Below, one piece after another: positions 35,556 to 45,635 of a stretch of 64,000 nucleotides of DNA. Numbering within the stretch: position 1 is the stretch's first letter; each line of letters starts with the position of its first letter. Origin of the DNA: Nitrososphaerota archaeon (GTDB lineage: Archaea; Thermoproteota; Nitrososphaeria; Nitrososphaerales; JAAOZN01); contig JAAOZN010000092.1 of NCBI GenBank assembly GCA_011605775.1, positions 547 to 64,546 on the forward strand, in the 5' to 3' direction. The notes beneath the pieces were generated by a model that had not been told where the DNA came from, made no database searches, and saw nothing but the letters and a program-made list of their open reading frames with translations. A program made the translations under genes and the position numbers.

Positions 35556-35765
35556 ATGTCACAAAACTACTGCCCCGAATGCGGCGGAGCGATGACATAT
35601 GAGACGTCAACTAAAAGGTATATCTGCACAAGCTGCGGACTTTACTTAACGAAGGAAGAGATTCTGGATCTTAAAGAGAAGCGGCGACAAGAACTCTCTG
35701 AGAAGAAAAAAAGGAAGCAGGAAAGAGACGAGTATCTTGAATGGTGGTTGTCGAAGAAGAAGTAA
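35556..35765 (+). CDS. zinc-ribbon protein with a lysine/glutamate-rich tail
   Basis: CPECGG...CTSCG followed by a KEKRRQELSEKKKRKQERDE tail. Confidence 0.45.
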   Translation: MSQNYCPECGGAMTYETSTKRYICTSCGLYLTKEEILDLKEKRRQELSEKKKRKQERDEYLEWWLSKKK

Positions 35766-35802
35766 ACTAGCTCCGCTTCCTCGGAGAAATTAGCGAAAAG
35801 AG

Positions 35803-36981
35803 TTGGTGTCTAACGAGGCTTCGGTAGATAAAAGAATCTTAATGATGTCAGCATCGACTTTCATCATTATGCTAGGTGCAGGTATAGTTGTACCTATCTT
35901 ACCTAAGTATGCCGAAAGTTTCGGAGCATCTTATATGTACATTGGTTTCACCATTTCAGCCTTCGGCTTAGCTAGAATCATTACCGATATCCCGTCCGGA
36001 ACACTTTCAGATAGAGTGGGTAGAAGAGCTAGTCTACTCATCGGCACAATCCTATTCGTAGCAACCGGTCTACTAGCTGCCTACGCCACAAGCATAGAAT
36101 ATCTTATTGCAGCAAGGTTCCTTCAGGGCGTAGGTGCGGCTATATACACAACCTCAGCCTTAGCTTATGTAGCAGACATCCTACCTTCAAGTGGGAAAGG
36201 AAGGTACTTAGGCTACTACCAGAGTAGCTTCTTCTTAGGCTCAGCATTCGGACCAACACTCGGAGGCTTATTGGCGAGTGTAGGAGGGCTTAGGCTCCCT
36301 TTCCTCACACTTTCAGCAATATCTTTAGTGAGCGCTCTAGCAACCTATATGGGCATTACAACACCCACCTCTGCGAAAGACGTGGTATATAGGCGGGGAA
36401 GCGTCCTATCGATCATAACCGCGACCTTGCGTAGTAGAGCTATGATCGTTTCTTGTGTAGCCGCTGCTACTACTTTTATCTTATCTACAGCGATCAGGTT
36501 TACTCTTTTACCAATCTACTCTGAGAAGGCTCTTAATTTAAGTGAAGTCGAGATTGGATGGGTCTTAACCCTAATAGCGTTGGTGAATTTTCTCATGATG
36601 AGAAGATCAGGCTCAGTAGCAGATAAACTCGGAGCGGGGCCGACGATGATCTACGGCTTTATCCTATCAGGTTTAACAACGGCCCTTTACCCCTTCTCCT
36701 TTAACCTACCGGTTCTCCTTGCAATATCTGCTTGGTTTGGTGTCGCAACAAGCCTAATTATGCCAGCTCAAGTCAGCTTGGCTGTTGAATCCTCTGATCC
36801 TAAGCATCGGGGTCTATCTATGGGGATCTACAGGATCTTCTCTGACATCGGGCTTATCATCGGACCGCTGCTTTCAGGACTCTTAATAGAATATTTGCCA
36901 ATCGCTTACGCCTTCTACTTCATCGCTGGCCTATGCTTCTTCATCTCCTTATTCATCTACTTGTTGCAAAGGAGTGCTTGA
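35803..36981 (+). CDS. MFS transporter
   Basis: About 12 TM segments, with the MFS loop motif LSDRVGRR between TM2 and TM3. Confidence 0.8.
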   Translation: MVSNEASVDKRILMMSASTFIIMLGAGIVVPILPKYAESFGASYMYIGFTISAFGLARIITDIPSGTLSDRVGRRASLLIGTILFVATGLLAAYATSIEYLIAARFLQGVGAAIYTTSALAYVADILPSSGKGRYLGYYQSSFFLGSAFGPTLGGLLASVGGLRLPFLTLSAISLVSALATYMGITTPTSAKDVVYRRGSVLSIITATLRSRAMIVSCVAAATTFILSTAIRFTLLPIYSEKALNLSEVEIGWVLTLIALVNFLMMRRSGSVADKLGAGPTMIYGFILSGLTTALYPFSFNLPVLLAISAWFGVATSLIMPAQVSLAVESSDPKHRGLSMGIYRIFSDIGLIIGPLLSGLLIEYLPIAYAFYFIAGLCFFISLFIYLLQRSA

Positions 36982-37005
36982 TTCGATTCACTTATTGAAG
37001 ATTAC

Positions 37006-37680
37006 CTACATCCTTATCACATTCATCTCTTTAAGCCTTTGAAGTATCTGCTGCACCGTCTCCTCACGCATATTAAGCCTATCTGAGAGAACCCTTGCTG
37101 CCCAAATGTTACTGTTAAGGATGTGGTAAGCGACGATTCTCTCCTTCAGAGATAGGGGTTTCCCCTGTATGATTTCTTTAGCCACTCTTATGACACTGCA
37201 CCTCAGCTGGAGAAGCGCCGCCTTCTCTTTTTCCAACTCATCCAGCCTTCGGTCTATATCTGCCACCAGCTCAGCGTATTCGTTGATTTCGCTTCTTTGA
37301 CTTCTTTTCGCAAGGAGTGTGTCAAAGCGCTGCTCAAACTCTTCAAGCAGCTCATTCTTCTTAGGGTAGCGGATGTTCTGAAACGTTATGATCTGCTCTG
37401 TATAGAGATCGGGGGAGAATTCTATGCTGAGAGATACGCTCTTAGCCAACTCGTAGACCCTCCTATCAGGACCGTATGGGCTCGAGGCTCTTGTCGCTTC
37501 AACTATTTCAGCAGCCTCCATGACCTTCAGATGCTTCGTTACAAGCTGCTGGTTTATTCCGAGGTCGCTAGAGAGCTCAAGCGGGTAGCTTGGTTCGTGT
37601 GCTAGCCTCCTTATTATCTTCCTTCTAATAGGGTTTTCCACCACATTTAGGACTTGGTCAAGCGCTACTTGCTGGTTCAT
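37006..37680 (-). CDS. ArsR-type winged-HTH transcriptional regulator with a C-terminal coiled-coil, divergent from the thermosome genes
   Basis: NPIRRKIIRRLAHEPSYPLELSSDLGINQQLVTKHLKVMEAAEIVE. I place the start at the ATG at 37680 (MNQQVALD), because the upstream extension would overlap the thermosome promoter and CDS. Confidence 0.65.
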   Translation of the reverse strand: MNQQVALDQVLNVVENPIRRKIIRRLAHEPSYPLELSSDLGINQQLVTKHLKVMEAAEIVEATRASSPYGPDRRVYELAKSVSLSIEFSPDLYTEQIITFQNIRYPKKNELLEEFEQRFDTLLAKRSQRSEINEYAELVADIDRRLDELEKEKAALLQLRCSVIRVAKEIIQGKPLSLKERIVAYHILNSNIWAARVLSDRLNMREETVQQILQRLKEMNVIRM

Positions 37681-37708
37681 TTGCAGATTAGAGTATGGTA
37701 GAGCAACA

Positions 37709-37716
37709 TTTAAATA
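37709..37716 (+). promoter_or_regulatory. TATA box (TTTAAATA) in the regulator/thermosome divergent intergenic region
   Basis: About 30 nt upstream of the thermosome ATG at 37746 and about 30 nt from the regulator ATG at 37680. Confidence 0.4.
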
Positions 37717-37745
37717 GTTTACTACCGGAGGTTGTATACCAGGTG

Positions 37746-39407
37746 ATGTATATGGCGGCAACAGCTATTCCTGCAGTAACACAAACCGGGCAACCTGTTC
37801 TCATACTGAAGGAGGGCAGCACCGAAACCAGAGGACGAGCTGCGCAGCGTAACAATATCTTGGCTGCTAAGTTGATAGCTGAGATCGTCAAGAGCTCGCT
37901 CGGTCCACGTGGTATGGACAAGATGCTAGTCGACTCACTTGGAGACGTGACCATAACGAACGACGGCGCCACTATGCTGAAGGAAATTGATGTTCAGCAC
38001 CCCGCTGCTAAGATGCTCGTTGAAGTCGCTAAGGCTACCGACAATGAGGTTGGTGATGGCACAACTTCTGCCGTTGTGTTGGCTGGCGCGTTGCTAGAAA
38101 GGGCTGAGGAGCTCATAGCGAGAGATGTGCACCCCACACTTATCGTAGACGGATACAGAAAAGCCGCAGCAAAGGCGCTAGAGGTGCTTCAAAACATCAG
38201 CATAAAGATCTCACCAGAAGACAGAGAGTGGCTCATTAAGGTGGCTAAAACAAGTATGCAGAGCAAACTGGTCGCAAAGGAAGCAGTCGATCTAGCTAAC
38301 CTAGTGGTCGAAGCCGTGCTTGCCGTGGCTGAGAAGACACCAACAGGCTACAAGGTTGATGCGGATAACATCAAGGTGGACAAGAAGCCAGGTGGCTCAC
38401 TCAAAGACACGAGGTTGATTAAGGGTGTTGTGTTGGATAAGGAGGTTGTGCACGCTGGGATGCCTAAGCGGGTTGAGAACGCAAAGATAGCGCTCATAAA
38501 CGCACCCTTTGAGATAGAGAAGACCGAGTTCGATGCGAAGCTGAACATCACAGACCCCACTATGATGAAGAAGTTCTTGGACGAAGAAAACGCGCTGCTA
38601 AAGAGCATGGTGGACAAAGTCGTAGCCACAGGCGCCAATGTTGTTATATGCCAGAAGGGTATCGACGACGTCGCCCAGCATTATCTCGCGAAGGCAGGTG
38701 TGCTCGCTGTAAGGCGCGTAAAGGAGAGCGATATGACAAAGCTCGCCAAAGCTACCGGAGGCAGGGTTGTAACCAACTTTGACGACTTAACGGAAAAAGA
38801 CTTGGGCTACGCTGACCTGGTTGAGGAGAGGAAGATCGAGGAGGATAAGTGGGTCTTTGTCGAGGGCTGCAAGAACCCCAAGGCGGTCAGCATATTGATA
38901 AGAGGTGGCTCTCAGAGGGTTGTGGATGAAGCTGAGAGGAGCATACACGACGCAATCATGGTGACCAAAGACGTCATAGAGAAACCAGCAGTTGTAGTGG
39001 GAGGAGGTGCGGCTGAAGTTGAAGTCGCACACCAAGTCCTCAAGTGGGCTGAAACGCTCTCTGGTAGGGAGCAGCTGGCAGCCCAGAAGTTCGCAGAAGC
39101 ATTAGAGAGCCTCGCAATAACGCTTGCGGAAAATGCAGGTATGGATCCGATAGATGTGCAAGTCGAGCTAAGGGCTAAGCACGCAGAGGGTCAGAAGTGG
39201 TTCGGAGTTGACGTTAAGGAGGGTAAGTTAGCAGATATGTATAACAAGGAGGTCTTCGACCCGCTCGTTGTAAAGGAGCAGATCATAAAGGCGGCTACCG
39301 ATGCTGCCAGCATGATTCTGCGTGTCGACGATGTTATTGCTGCGGGTAAGATGAAGGAAACCAAACCGCCTAAGCCGAGCGAAGAAGGCGGTGGTGGAGA
39401 GGAGTAA
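37746..39407 (+). CDS. ths: thermosome (group II chaperonin) subunit
   Basis: [25 protein letters not shown] and the C-terminal GGGGEE tail. Confidence 0.9.
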   Translation: MYMAATAIPAVTQTGQPVLILKEGSTETRGRAAQRNNILAAKLIAEIVKSSLGPRGMDKMLVDSLGDVTITNDGATMLKEIDVQHPAAKMLVEVAKATDNEVGDGTTSAVVLAGALLERAEELIARDVHPTLIVDGYRKAAAKALEVLQNISIKISPEDREWLIKVAKTSMQSKLVAKEAVDLANLVVEAVLAVAEKTPTGYKVDADNIKVDKKPGGSLKDTRLIKGVVLDKEVVHAGMPKRVENAKIALINAPFEIEKTEFDAKLNITDPTMMKKFLDEENALLKSMVDKVVATGANVVICQKGIDDVAQHYLAKAGVLAVRRVKESDMTKLAKATGGRVVTNFDDLTEKDLGYADLVEERKIEEDKWVFVEGCKNPKAVSILIRGGSQRVVDEAERSIHDAIMVTKDVIEKPAVVVGGGAAEVEVAHQVLKWAETLSGREQLAAQKFAEALESLAITLAENAGMDPIDVQVELRAKHAEGQKWFGVDVKEGKLADMYNKEVFDPLVVKEQIIKAATDAASMILRVDDVIAAGKMKETKPPKPSEEGGGGEE

Positions 39408-39419
39408 AAGGGGAGGTGG

Positions 39420-41057
39420 ATGAGTATGGCGGCTGGTCAACCCATACTCATACTGAAGGAGGGCAGCAGCGAAGCCAAAGGCAGAGAAGCGCAGCGTAAC
39501 AATATCTTGGCTGCTAAGTTGATAGCTGAGATCGTCAAGAGCTCGCTTGGTCCACGTGGTATGGACAAGATGCTCGTAGACTCGTTAGGAGATGTCACGA
39601 TTACGAACGACGGTGCGACCATACTTAAGGAGATCGATGTTCAGCACCCCGCTGCTAAGATGCTCGTTGAAGTCGCTAAGGCTACCGACAATGAGGTTGG
39701 TGATGGCACAACTTCCGCTGTAGTCTTGGCTGGTGCGCTTCTTGAGAAGGCTGAGGAGCTTATAGCGAAGGATGTGCACCCGACGCTCATCGTAGACGGA
39801 TATAGGGCTGCTGCTGAGAAGGCACTCGAGATACTTGACAAGATCGCCATAAAGATAGACCCGTTGGATAGAACGTGGCTTGAAAAGATCGCTACCACAA
39901 GCATGCTCACAAAGATGGTCTCCGAAGAGAGCAGGTACCTAGCGAACCTCGTAGTAGATGCTGTCCTAACCGTAGTCGAAAAGACACCAACAGGCTACAA
40001 GGTTGATGCGGATAACATCAAGGTTGAGAAGAAGCCGGGCGGCGCTCTTAGCGACACGAGGTTGATTAAGGGTGTTGTGTTGGATAAGGAGGTTGTGCAC
40101 GCTGGGATGCCTAAGCGGGTTGAGAACGCAAAGATAGCGCTCATAAACGCACCGCTCGAAATAGAGAAGCCCGAGTATAGCGCCGAAATCAGAATAAGTG
40201 ATCCCTCTCAGATCAAGAAGTTCCTAGACGAAGAGACCGCGATTCTTAAGGGGATGGTTGACAAGATCAAAGATATCGGTGCGAATGTCGTCATTTGCCA
40301 AAAGGGTATCGATGATGTTGCTCAGCACTTCCTTGCGAAGGCCGGTATACTTGCAGTGAGGCGTGTAAAGGAGAGCGACATGACAAAACTCGCTAAGGCT
40401 ACTGGAGGTAGAGTAGTAACAAACCTCGACGATCTAACACCAAACGACCTAGGCTATGCTGAGCTGGTTGAGGAGAGGAAGGTTGAGGAGGATAAGTGGG
40501 TCTTTGTCGAGGGCTGCAAGAACCCCAAGGCTGTGACCATCTTAATCCGAGGCGGCTCTCAGAGGGTTGTGGACGAAGCTGAGAGGAGCATACACGACGC
40601 AATCATGGTGACCAAAGACGTCATAGAGAAACCAGCCTTGGTCGCGGGCGGCGGAGCACCAGAGGCTCAGCTGGCATACGAAATCAGAGAGTGGGCGAAT
40701 AAGCTTTCTGGTAGGGAGCAGCTAGCAGCCCAGAAGTTCGCAGAAGCATTAGAAAGCATCCCTCTAACGCTGGCTGAAAACGCAGGTATGGACACTATAG
40801 ACACACAAGTTGAGCTGAGAGCAAAGCATGGAGAAGGCAAGATCTGGTATGGCATAAGCGTCATGGATGGCGGCGTAGCAGACATCTACGAGAAGGGGGT
40901 CTTCGAACCAGTCAAGGTAAAGGAGCAGATCATAAAGTCAGCTACCGATGCTGCCAGCATGATACTACGTATCGACGATGTTATTGCTGCGGGTAAGATG
41001 AAGGAAACCAAACCGCCTAAGCCAGGCGAAGAAGGCGGTGGCGGAGAAGAGTTCTAG
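39420..41057 (+). CDS. ths: thermosome (group II chaperonin) subunit, tandem paralog
   Basis: Same motifs. SD GGGAGGTGGA upstream. Shares long nucleotide-identical blocks with the upstream copy. Confidence 0.9.
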   Translation: MSMAAGQPILILKEGSSEAKGREAQRNNILAAKLIAEIVKSSLGPRGMDKMLVDSLGDVTITNDGATILKEIDVQHPAAKMLVEVAKATDNEVGDGTTSAVVLAGALLEKAEELIAKDVHPTLIVDGYRAAAEKALEILDKIAIKIDPLDRTWLEKIATTSMLTKMVSEESRYLANLVVDAVLTVVEKTPTGYKVDADNIKVEKKPGGALSDTRLIKGVVLDKEVVHAGMPKRVENAKIALINAPLEIEKPEYSAEIRISDPSQIKKFLDEETAILKGMVDKIKDIGANVVICQKGIDDVAQHFLAKAGILAVRRVKESDMTKLAKATGGRVVTNLDDLTPNDLGYAELVEERKVEEDKWVFVEGCKNPKAVTILIRGGSQRVVDEAERSIHDAIMVTKDVIEKPALVAGGGAPEAQLAYEIREWANKLSGREQLAAQKFAEALESIPLTLAENAGMDTIDTQVELRAKHGEGKIWYGISVMDGGVADIYEKGVFEPVKVKEQIIKSATDAASMILRIDDVIAAGKMKETKPPKPGEEGGGGEEF

Positions 41058-41091
41058 CCCCACCTCATTATTCTAAACCCTACCTTTTTAT

Positions 41092-41670
41092 TTATTCAAG
41101 CCAAACCGTTTTGTTCTGGAAGGGTGTTCGGAAACCCTTCTGAGGTTGTGCATCCGGATACCCTAGGTAGATGAAGCCTAGCAGATATTCTCGATCACTT
41201 AAGCCGAAGAAATCCTTAACCTTCTTCCGATAAGCAGCTTTACCTGTCCTCAGGATCGCACCCAACCCTGGTGCGTGAGCCGCCAACAGCATATTCTGAA
41301 TGGCTGCGGAGGTTGCGACGATCTCCTCTAACTCGATCACATTCGGATCTTGCTTTGGCGAAGCCGCAACCGCTATTATCACAGGTGCTCTTAGTGGCCT
41401 CTGCTTCTCCGCATCGATCTTAACCCTACTTTCCTGAGAGTTTGGATCAGCCAGCTCTTCCGCTAGAGCCTGTGCCATGACCTCGCCTAGCTTCTCTCTA
41501 GCTCGACCTGTTAGGACGAAGAATCTCCAAGGCTCTGTGAGGTGGTGGGTCGGAGCCCACGTTCCAGCATCAAGAATCTTTTCAATAAGCTCCCTTGGTG
41601 GGGGATCGGGTTTAAACCGGCTTATACTTCTTCTCGTCTTTATGGCTTCAAACACATCCAACTGAGTCAC
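41092..41670 (-). CDS. nitroreductase-family oxidoreductase
   Basis: IKTRRSISRFK near the N-terminus, ..APTHHLTEPWRF.., ~190 aa. Confidence 0.75.
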   Translation of the reverse strand: MTQLDVFEAIKTRRSISRFKPDPPPRELIEKILDAGTWAPTHHLTEPWRFFVLTGRAREKLGEVMAQALAEELADPNSQESRVKIDAEKQRPLRAPVIIAVAASPKQDPNVIELEEIVATSAAIQNMLLAAHAPGLGAILRTGKAAYRKKVKDFFGLSDREYLLGFIYLGYPDAQPQKGFRTPFQNKTVWLE

Positions 41671-41711
41671 CGAATCTTTTATAGCGATTCCTTAAGATAT
41701 AAGAATATAGC

Positions 41712-42362
41712 CTACTTGATTGAGCGTTGAGCCTGCTTGCTCTTAATGTATTCGGTTATCACCTTCTTCTGCGCCCTCCTAAGCAGCTCTGATAAAGTGG
41801 GTGGGGACAGCTTGAGCATAGAAGCCAATGAGTGCAGATCTATTCTCCTCGGTTGATCAAAGTAACCCAGCTCGTAAGCCAAGAGCAGAACCTCCTCCTG
41901 CCTCTTTGTCAACATATTCGGGGTTCTGGCACGCTCTATCTTCTTAAGGGCAAATCTAACACCCTGCCTCTCAAGCTGATTCAGCAGTTTCTTAATAGAG
42001 GATTTATTCCCAAGCATCAGCCAACTTATAGTGCCGTCTCGATTTAAAGTAGATGAAATTAAGAAGCAGCCTGACGACGCTAGAACCCTACAGGCTGAAC
42101 AGGTATGTGATATAAGCGAACCTGTGATCCTACCATCCTTTACACCTATAACTTCAAGCCCCCTTATACTAGGGTCAGACTTAAGTTCCTTAAGAACAGC
42201 CTCCACCTGATCCTCTGGTACAAGTATCTCGAAGAGCTCTTGAACAGCACCGCCCCTCTTAACTGGCTTACAGTCTAAGATCTTCACCACAGCCTGGTAC
42301 TTCGGTGAAATATTATGTATCCAAGCCCTCTGAGGCGTTATCGAAAGTTCGACTTCGAACAT
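41712..42362 (-). CDS. HTH_10 (Bat/DmsR-like) transcriptional regulator
   Basis: C-terminal LTKRQEEVLLLAYELGYFDQPRRIDLHSLASMLKLSPPTLSELLRRAQKKV. Confidence 0.7.
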   Translation of the reverse strand: MFEVELSITPQRAWIHNISPKYQAVVKILDCKPVKRGGAVQELFEILVPEDQVEAVLKELKSDPSIRGLEVIGVKDGRITGSLISHTCSACRVLASSGCFLISSTLNRDGTISWLMLGNKSSIKKLLNQLERQGVRFALKKIERARTPNMLTKRQEEVLLLAYELGYFDQPRRIDLHSLASMLKLSPPTLSELLRRAQKKVITEYIKSKQAQRSIK

Positions 42363-42475
42363 TCCCCTAACATATTAGCGGGAGAGCGGCATATAATAGC
42401 ATATCTAGTATATGCCTAAAAGCTTAGGCGCAACACTTTACTACATCTTTCATCCAATGAGAGAATAGAGCGTAG

Positions 42476-43048
42476 ATGAAGCATACACAAAGAGACGACC
42501 CAATAACGATACTTATGGAAGAGCATAGGGTAATAGAAAGGGCCATACGCCTACTTCAGAAAGTAGCCGAAAGGATCGATGCTGGTAGAGATGTTGAGGC
42601 TACTGTGCTTGCTGACTTGGTAGATTTTGTCCGCAACTTTGCCGACCGATGCCACCACGGTAAAGAAGAGAAGATACTCTTTCAAACATTCGCTGAAAAA
42701 GGCATACCAGTTGAAGGAGGCCCTATTGGCGTTATGCTTTTCGAGCACGAGGAGGGTAGGAGAGCTGCTAGAGCGATGGCTGAGGCAGCGTCAAAGATTA
42801 AAGACGGAGATCGGTCGAAGCGGAAGGACTTCTCTGAGAACGCAAAGAGCTACGCGCAGCTACTAACCCAACATATCTACAAAGAGGATAACATACTGTA
42901 CCCTATGGGAGGGAGACTACTCTCTGAAGACGAGAAAGAAGGGCTACTAAGAAGATTTGAGGTGGTTGAGAAGGAAGAGATGGGCGAAGGCGTACACGAA
43001 AAATACATCAACCTAATAAAGGAACTCGAGCGCAGACTCAGCCAATAG
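42476..43048 (+). CDS. hemerythrin-like (HHE cation-binding) domain protein
   Basis: EEHRVIE, HHGKEEKILF, FEHEEGR and HIYKEDNILYP. Confidence 0.7.
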   Translation: MKHTQRDDPITILMEEHRVIERAIRLLQKVAERIDAGRDVEATVLADLVDFVRNFADRCHHGKEEKILFQTFAEKGIPVEGGPIGVMLFEHEEGRRAARAMAEAASKIKDGDRSKRKDFSENAKSYAQLLTQHIYKEDNILYPMGGRLLSEDEKEGLLRRFEVVEKEEMGEGVHEKYINLIKELERRLSQ

Positions 43049-43094
43049 GTTTCTGACAGCTACCTTTAATTTCCTATTTTGAATAGCCTCTAAT

Positions 43095-43775
43095 ATGCCC
43101 AAGATCAGAACACCAGCGCTCATAATAAACTTCAAGAACTATTTGGAGGCTGCTGGAGAAGGGGCGCTTAGACTAGCAAAGGTGGCTGAAGAAGTTGCAT
43201 CGGAGACTGGGGCATCTATAGTTGTCTGCCCGCCTCTGCCTAACCTCTCTCAAGTCTGCGCCTCGGTTAAGATCCCTGTGTTCGCTCAACATACCGATCC
43301 AGATAAAGCGGGTAGCACCACAGGCGCCATCGTAGCGGAAGTGATCAAAGCAGCAGGAGCCAAGGGCTCGATCTTGAACCACAGCGAGAAGAGGCTAGAC
43401 GCAAACAAGATTGCATCTACGATAAAGAGGCTAAGCGAAGTTGGATTAGCCACTATACTCTGCGCTAGAGAGCCGTCTGAAGTCTCTCTTTATGCAGAGT
43501 TTTCACCAGATTACATCGCTATAGAGCCGCCGGAGCTCATAGGGTCTGGCGTGGCTGTTTCGAGGGCTAAACCCGAGGTGATAACGGAGTCTGTCAAAGC
43601 AGCAGCAAAGAATCCATATGTCGAGATCATATGTGGCGCCGGTATAGTTGATGGCAAAGACGTCGAAGCAGCTCTGAGGCTTGGGGTATGCGGCGTGCTG
43701 GTAGCAAGCGGCATAGTCAAAGCGCCTGATTGGAGAAGCAAGATCCTAGAGATGTGTAAAGCGATGACCGAATAG
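43095..43775 (+). CDS. tpiA: triosephosphate isomerase (archaeal type)
   Basis: LIINFKNY, ILNHSEKR, IAIEPPELIGSG, ~225 aa. Confidence 0.85.
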   Translation: MPKIRTPALIINFKNYLEAAGEGALRLAKVAEEVASETGASIVVCPPLPNLSQVCASVKIPVFAQHTDPDKAGSTTGAIVAEVIKAAGAKGSILNHSEKRLDANKIASTIKRLSEVGLATILCAREPSEVSLYAEFSPDYIAIEPPELIGSGVAVSRAKPEVITESVKAAAKNPYVEIICGAGIVDGKDVEAALRLGVCGVLVASGIVKAPDWRSKILEMCKAMTE

Positions 43776-43867
43776 ATGTTAAAAGACGTAGATCATCGAC
43801 TATTATGCTAAGTGTTGTTACGAGAAGTTCCGGTGCAGCCTTATTTCAAACCGAACTTTAGCCGTTC

Positions 43868-45286
43868 TTAAAGTTTTGGCATGAGTGGGATTTGCAGGTA
43901 GAGCAGGGCTAAGGCTATGAAGAAGGTGAGGAGGGAGATAGGTAAGCCTAGGAGAATCCATCCGACCATTGAAAACGTACCATACCCCCTTCTCTCTACA
44001 AAGCCAGCTGCGACGATGTTCGCAGTAGATCCTATGACCGTCGCGTTGCCGAAGTAGGTTCCAGCTACCAGCATAGCCCACCAAATTGGGTAGCTCTGTA
44101 TTCCAGTTGCGGCTATCGATTGGACTATTGGGATCAAAGTCGCTACTGCTAACACGTTGTCCATAAATGCTGTAAGGATACCTGTTACTCCGCTTATTAG
44201 GAGTATAGCGTAGAGGAGGTTGCTCCCAACAACTTGAAGGAGTCCGTCCGCTATCAAATCAGTCACACCAGTATATTTTAAAGTACCTACACTGGAGAAT
44301 AGAAGTATGAAGTAGAGAAGGGTCCACCAATCCACTCTTCTCTCTACTAGATCACGAGCTTTTTGGCGATGTAGGAAGAGAGAGATGCCTGCTCCGATCA
44401 AGGGAATGGCGAGCAACAGGAGGTTTTTAGGCAAGTGAAGCATCTCCTCTACGTTATGGTGCAGGATTAAGCCAGCGAGCACACCAACGAACACTAGTAA
44501 CGGAGCGATAAGCTTCCTTGTGAACTTCACCTCTCTTTCTCCGTTGTTAGAATGGTTTAAAGCCATCACCTTTGATAACCCACCGATTTTGCTAAGAAAG
44601 GGTAGCCCAACCAGCGTTATTACAGCAGCATTTAGTAGGCCAATCAAGAAGACCCACCTAATAAAGTCCACAAAGGTGAGTCCAGCTCTAAAAGCTATCA
44701 TCACTCCGATGGGGTTCCCCACAGGAAGCATGCTACTGCCCACGTTAGTAGTAAACACCAGAAACAGGATGAAGGGTAGCATCTTGCTCCTTTCAACTCT
44801 ATAAGCGTCGAGAACCCTTAGCATGATCGCCATCATAAAGAGAATGGAGGTGACTTCATCCACTAAAGCAGCCATAACTGCACCAAACATCAAGATTATG
44901 CCTACTAAGGCTACTGGCCTACGATAGAAGGGCTTCGTCAAGGCACCTACAAGCCATTCAAAGAAGCCTTTCTCCTCAAGATACCCTATGACGGTCATCA
45001 TCCCAACTAAGAAGAGAATAAGGTCTAACTGAGCAAACTCTATCAGATGTGGTATATCTAGCACCTGAAATATCAAAAGGAGCGCCACACCGGCCAATGC
45101 AAAGGCGTTGCGAAAAGGCCAATAAAATAGCGAGCCAGCAATAAAGCTGACGAATATCGTTAAAGAAATTATTTGCTTGAAACCAAGCCCAAGAATAGTG
45201 CACAATAACAAAACACATATGACTATCGCAAGATACCCAATTACGCCAGCAAATCTCTTCAACATATTCTCACGACACACCATCAT
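43868..45286 (-). CDS. ArsB/NhaD-superfamily ion permease
   Basis: 472-aa polytopic protein. AALVDEVTS, NVGSS..PVGNP, and a repeated C-terminal half GNATVIGSTANIV. Confidence 0.65.
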   Translation of the reverse strand: MMVCRENMLKRFAGVIGYLAIVICVLLLCTILGLGFKQIISLTIFVSFIAGSLFYWPFRNAFALAGVALLLIFQVLDIPHLIEFAQLDLILFLVGMMTVIGYLEEKGFFEWLVGALTKPFYRRPVALVGIILMFGAVMAALVDEVTSILFMMAIMLRVLDAYRVERSKMLPFILFLVFTTNVGSSMLPVGNPIGVMIAFRAGLTFVDFIRWVFLIGLLNAAVITLVGLPFLSKIGGLSKVMALNHSNNGEREVKFTRKLIAPLLVFVGVLAGLILHHNVEEMLHLPKNLLLLAIPLIGAGISLFLHRQKARDLVERRVDWWTLLYFILLFSSVGTLKYTGVTDLIADGLLQVVGSNLLYAILLISGVTGILTAFMDNVLAVATLIPIVQSIAATGIQSYPIWWAMLVAGTYFGNATVIGSTANIVAAGFVERRGYGTFSMVGWILLGLPISLLTFFIALALLYLQIPLMPKL

Positions 45287-45635
45287 CCAAAGCTAGAGAG
45301 CACTTAGGCTGGGGATCATTTGCTGGAAAGTTGGTTGTACTGTTTACAGAAGTAGCGTATTTCAACACTTCTTCCTCATTTTCGATTTTATGTTTTCTAA
45401 AACTTTCTCCGGCATCCACATTTATGTCAATTCTCATTCAGCTCACGCCCAATTATTTCTTCTTAGGATTTGAACCTTGCCTCTTGTTTCCTTCTTAACT
45501 CCTCCGCTTCTACAAGGGTGATGAATCCGAACTTTATAAGGGCTCTCTTCGGAAATGCTTGAAACACCTTCCACACCTCAGCATAAGCTACCGTTCCCAA
45601 GATGACGTAGCCTCCTCGACAACTTCCACCAGAGT

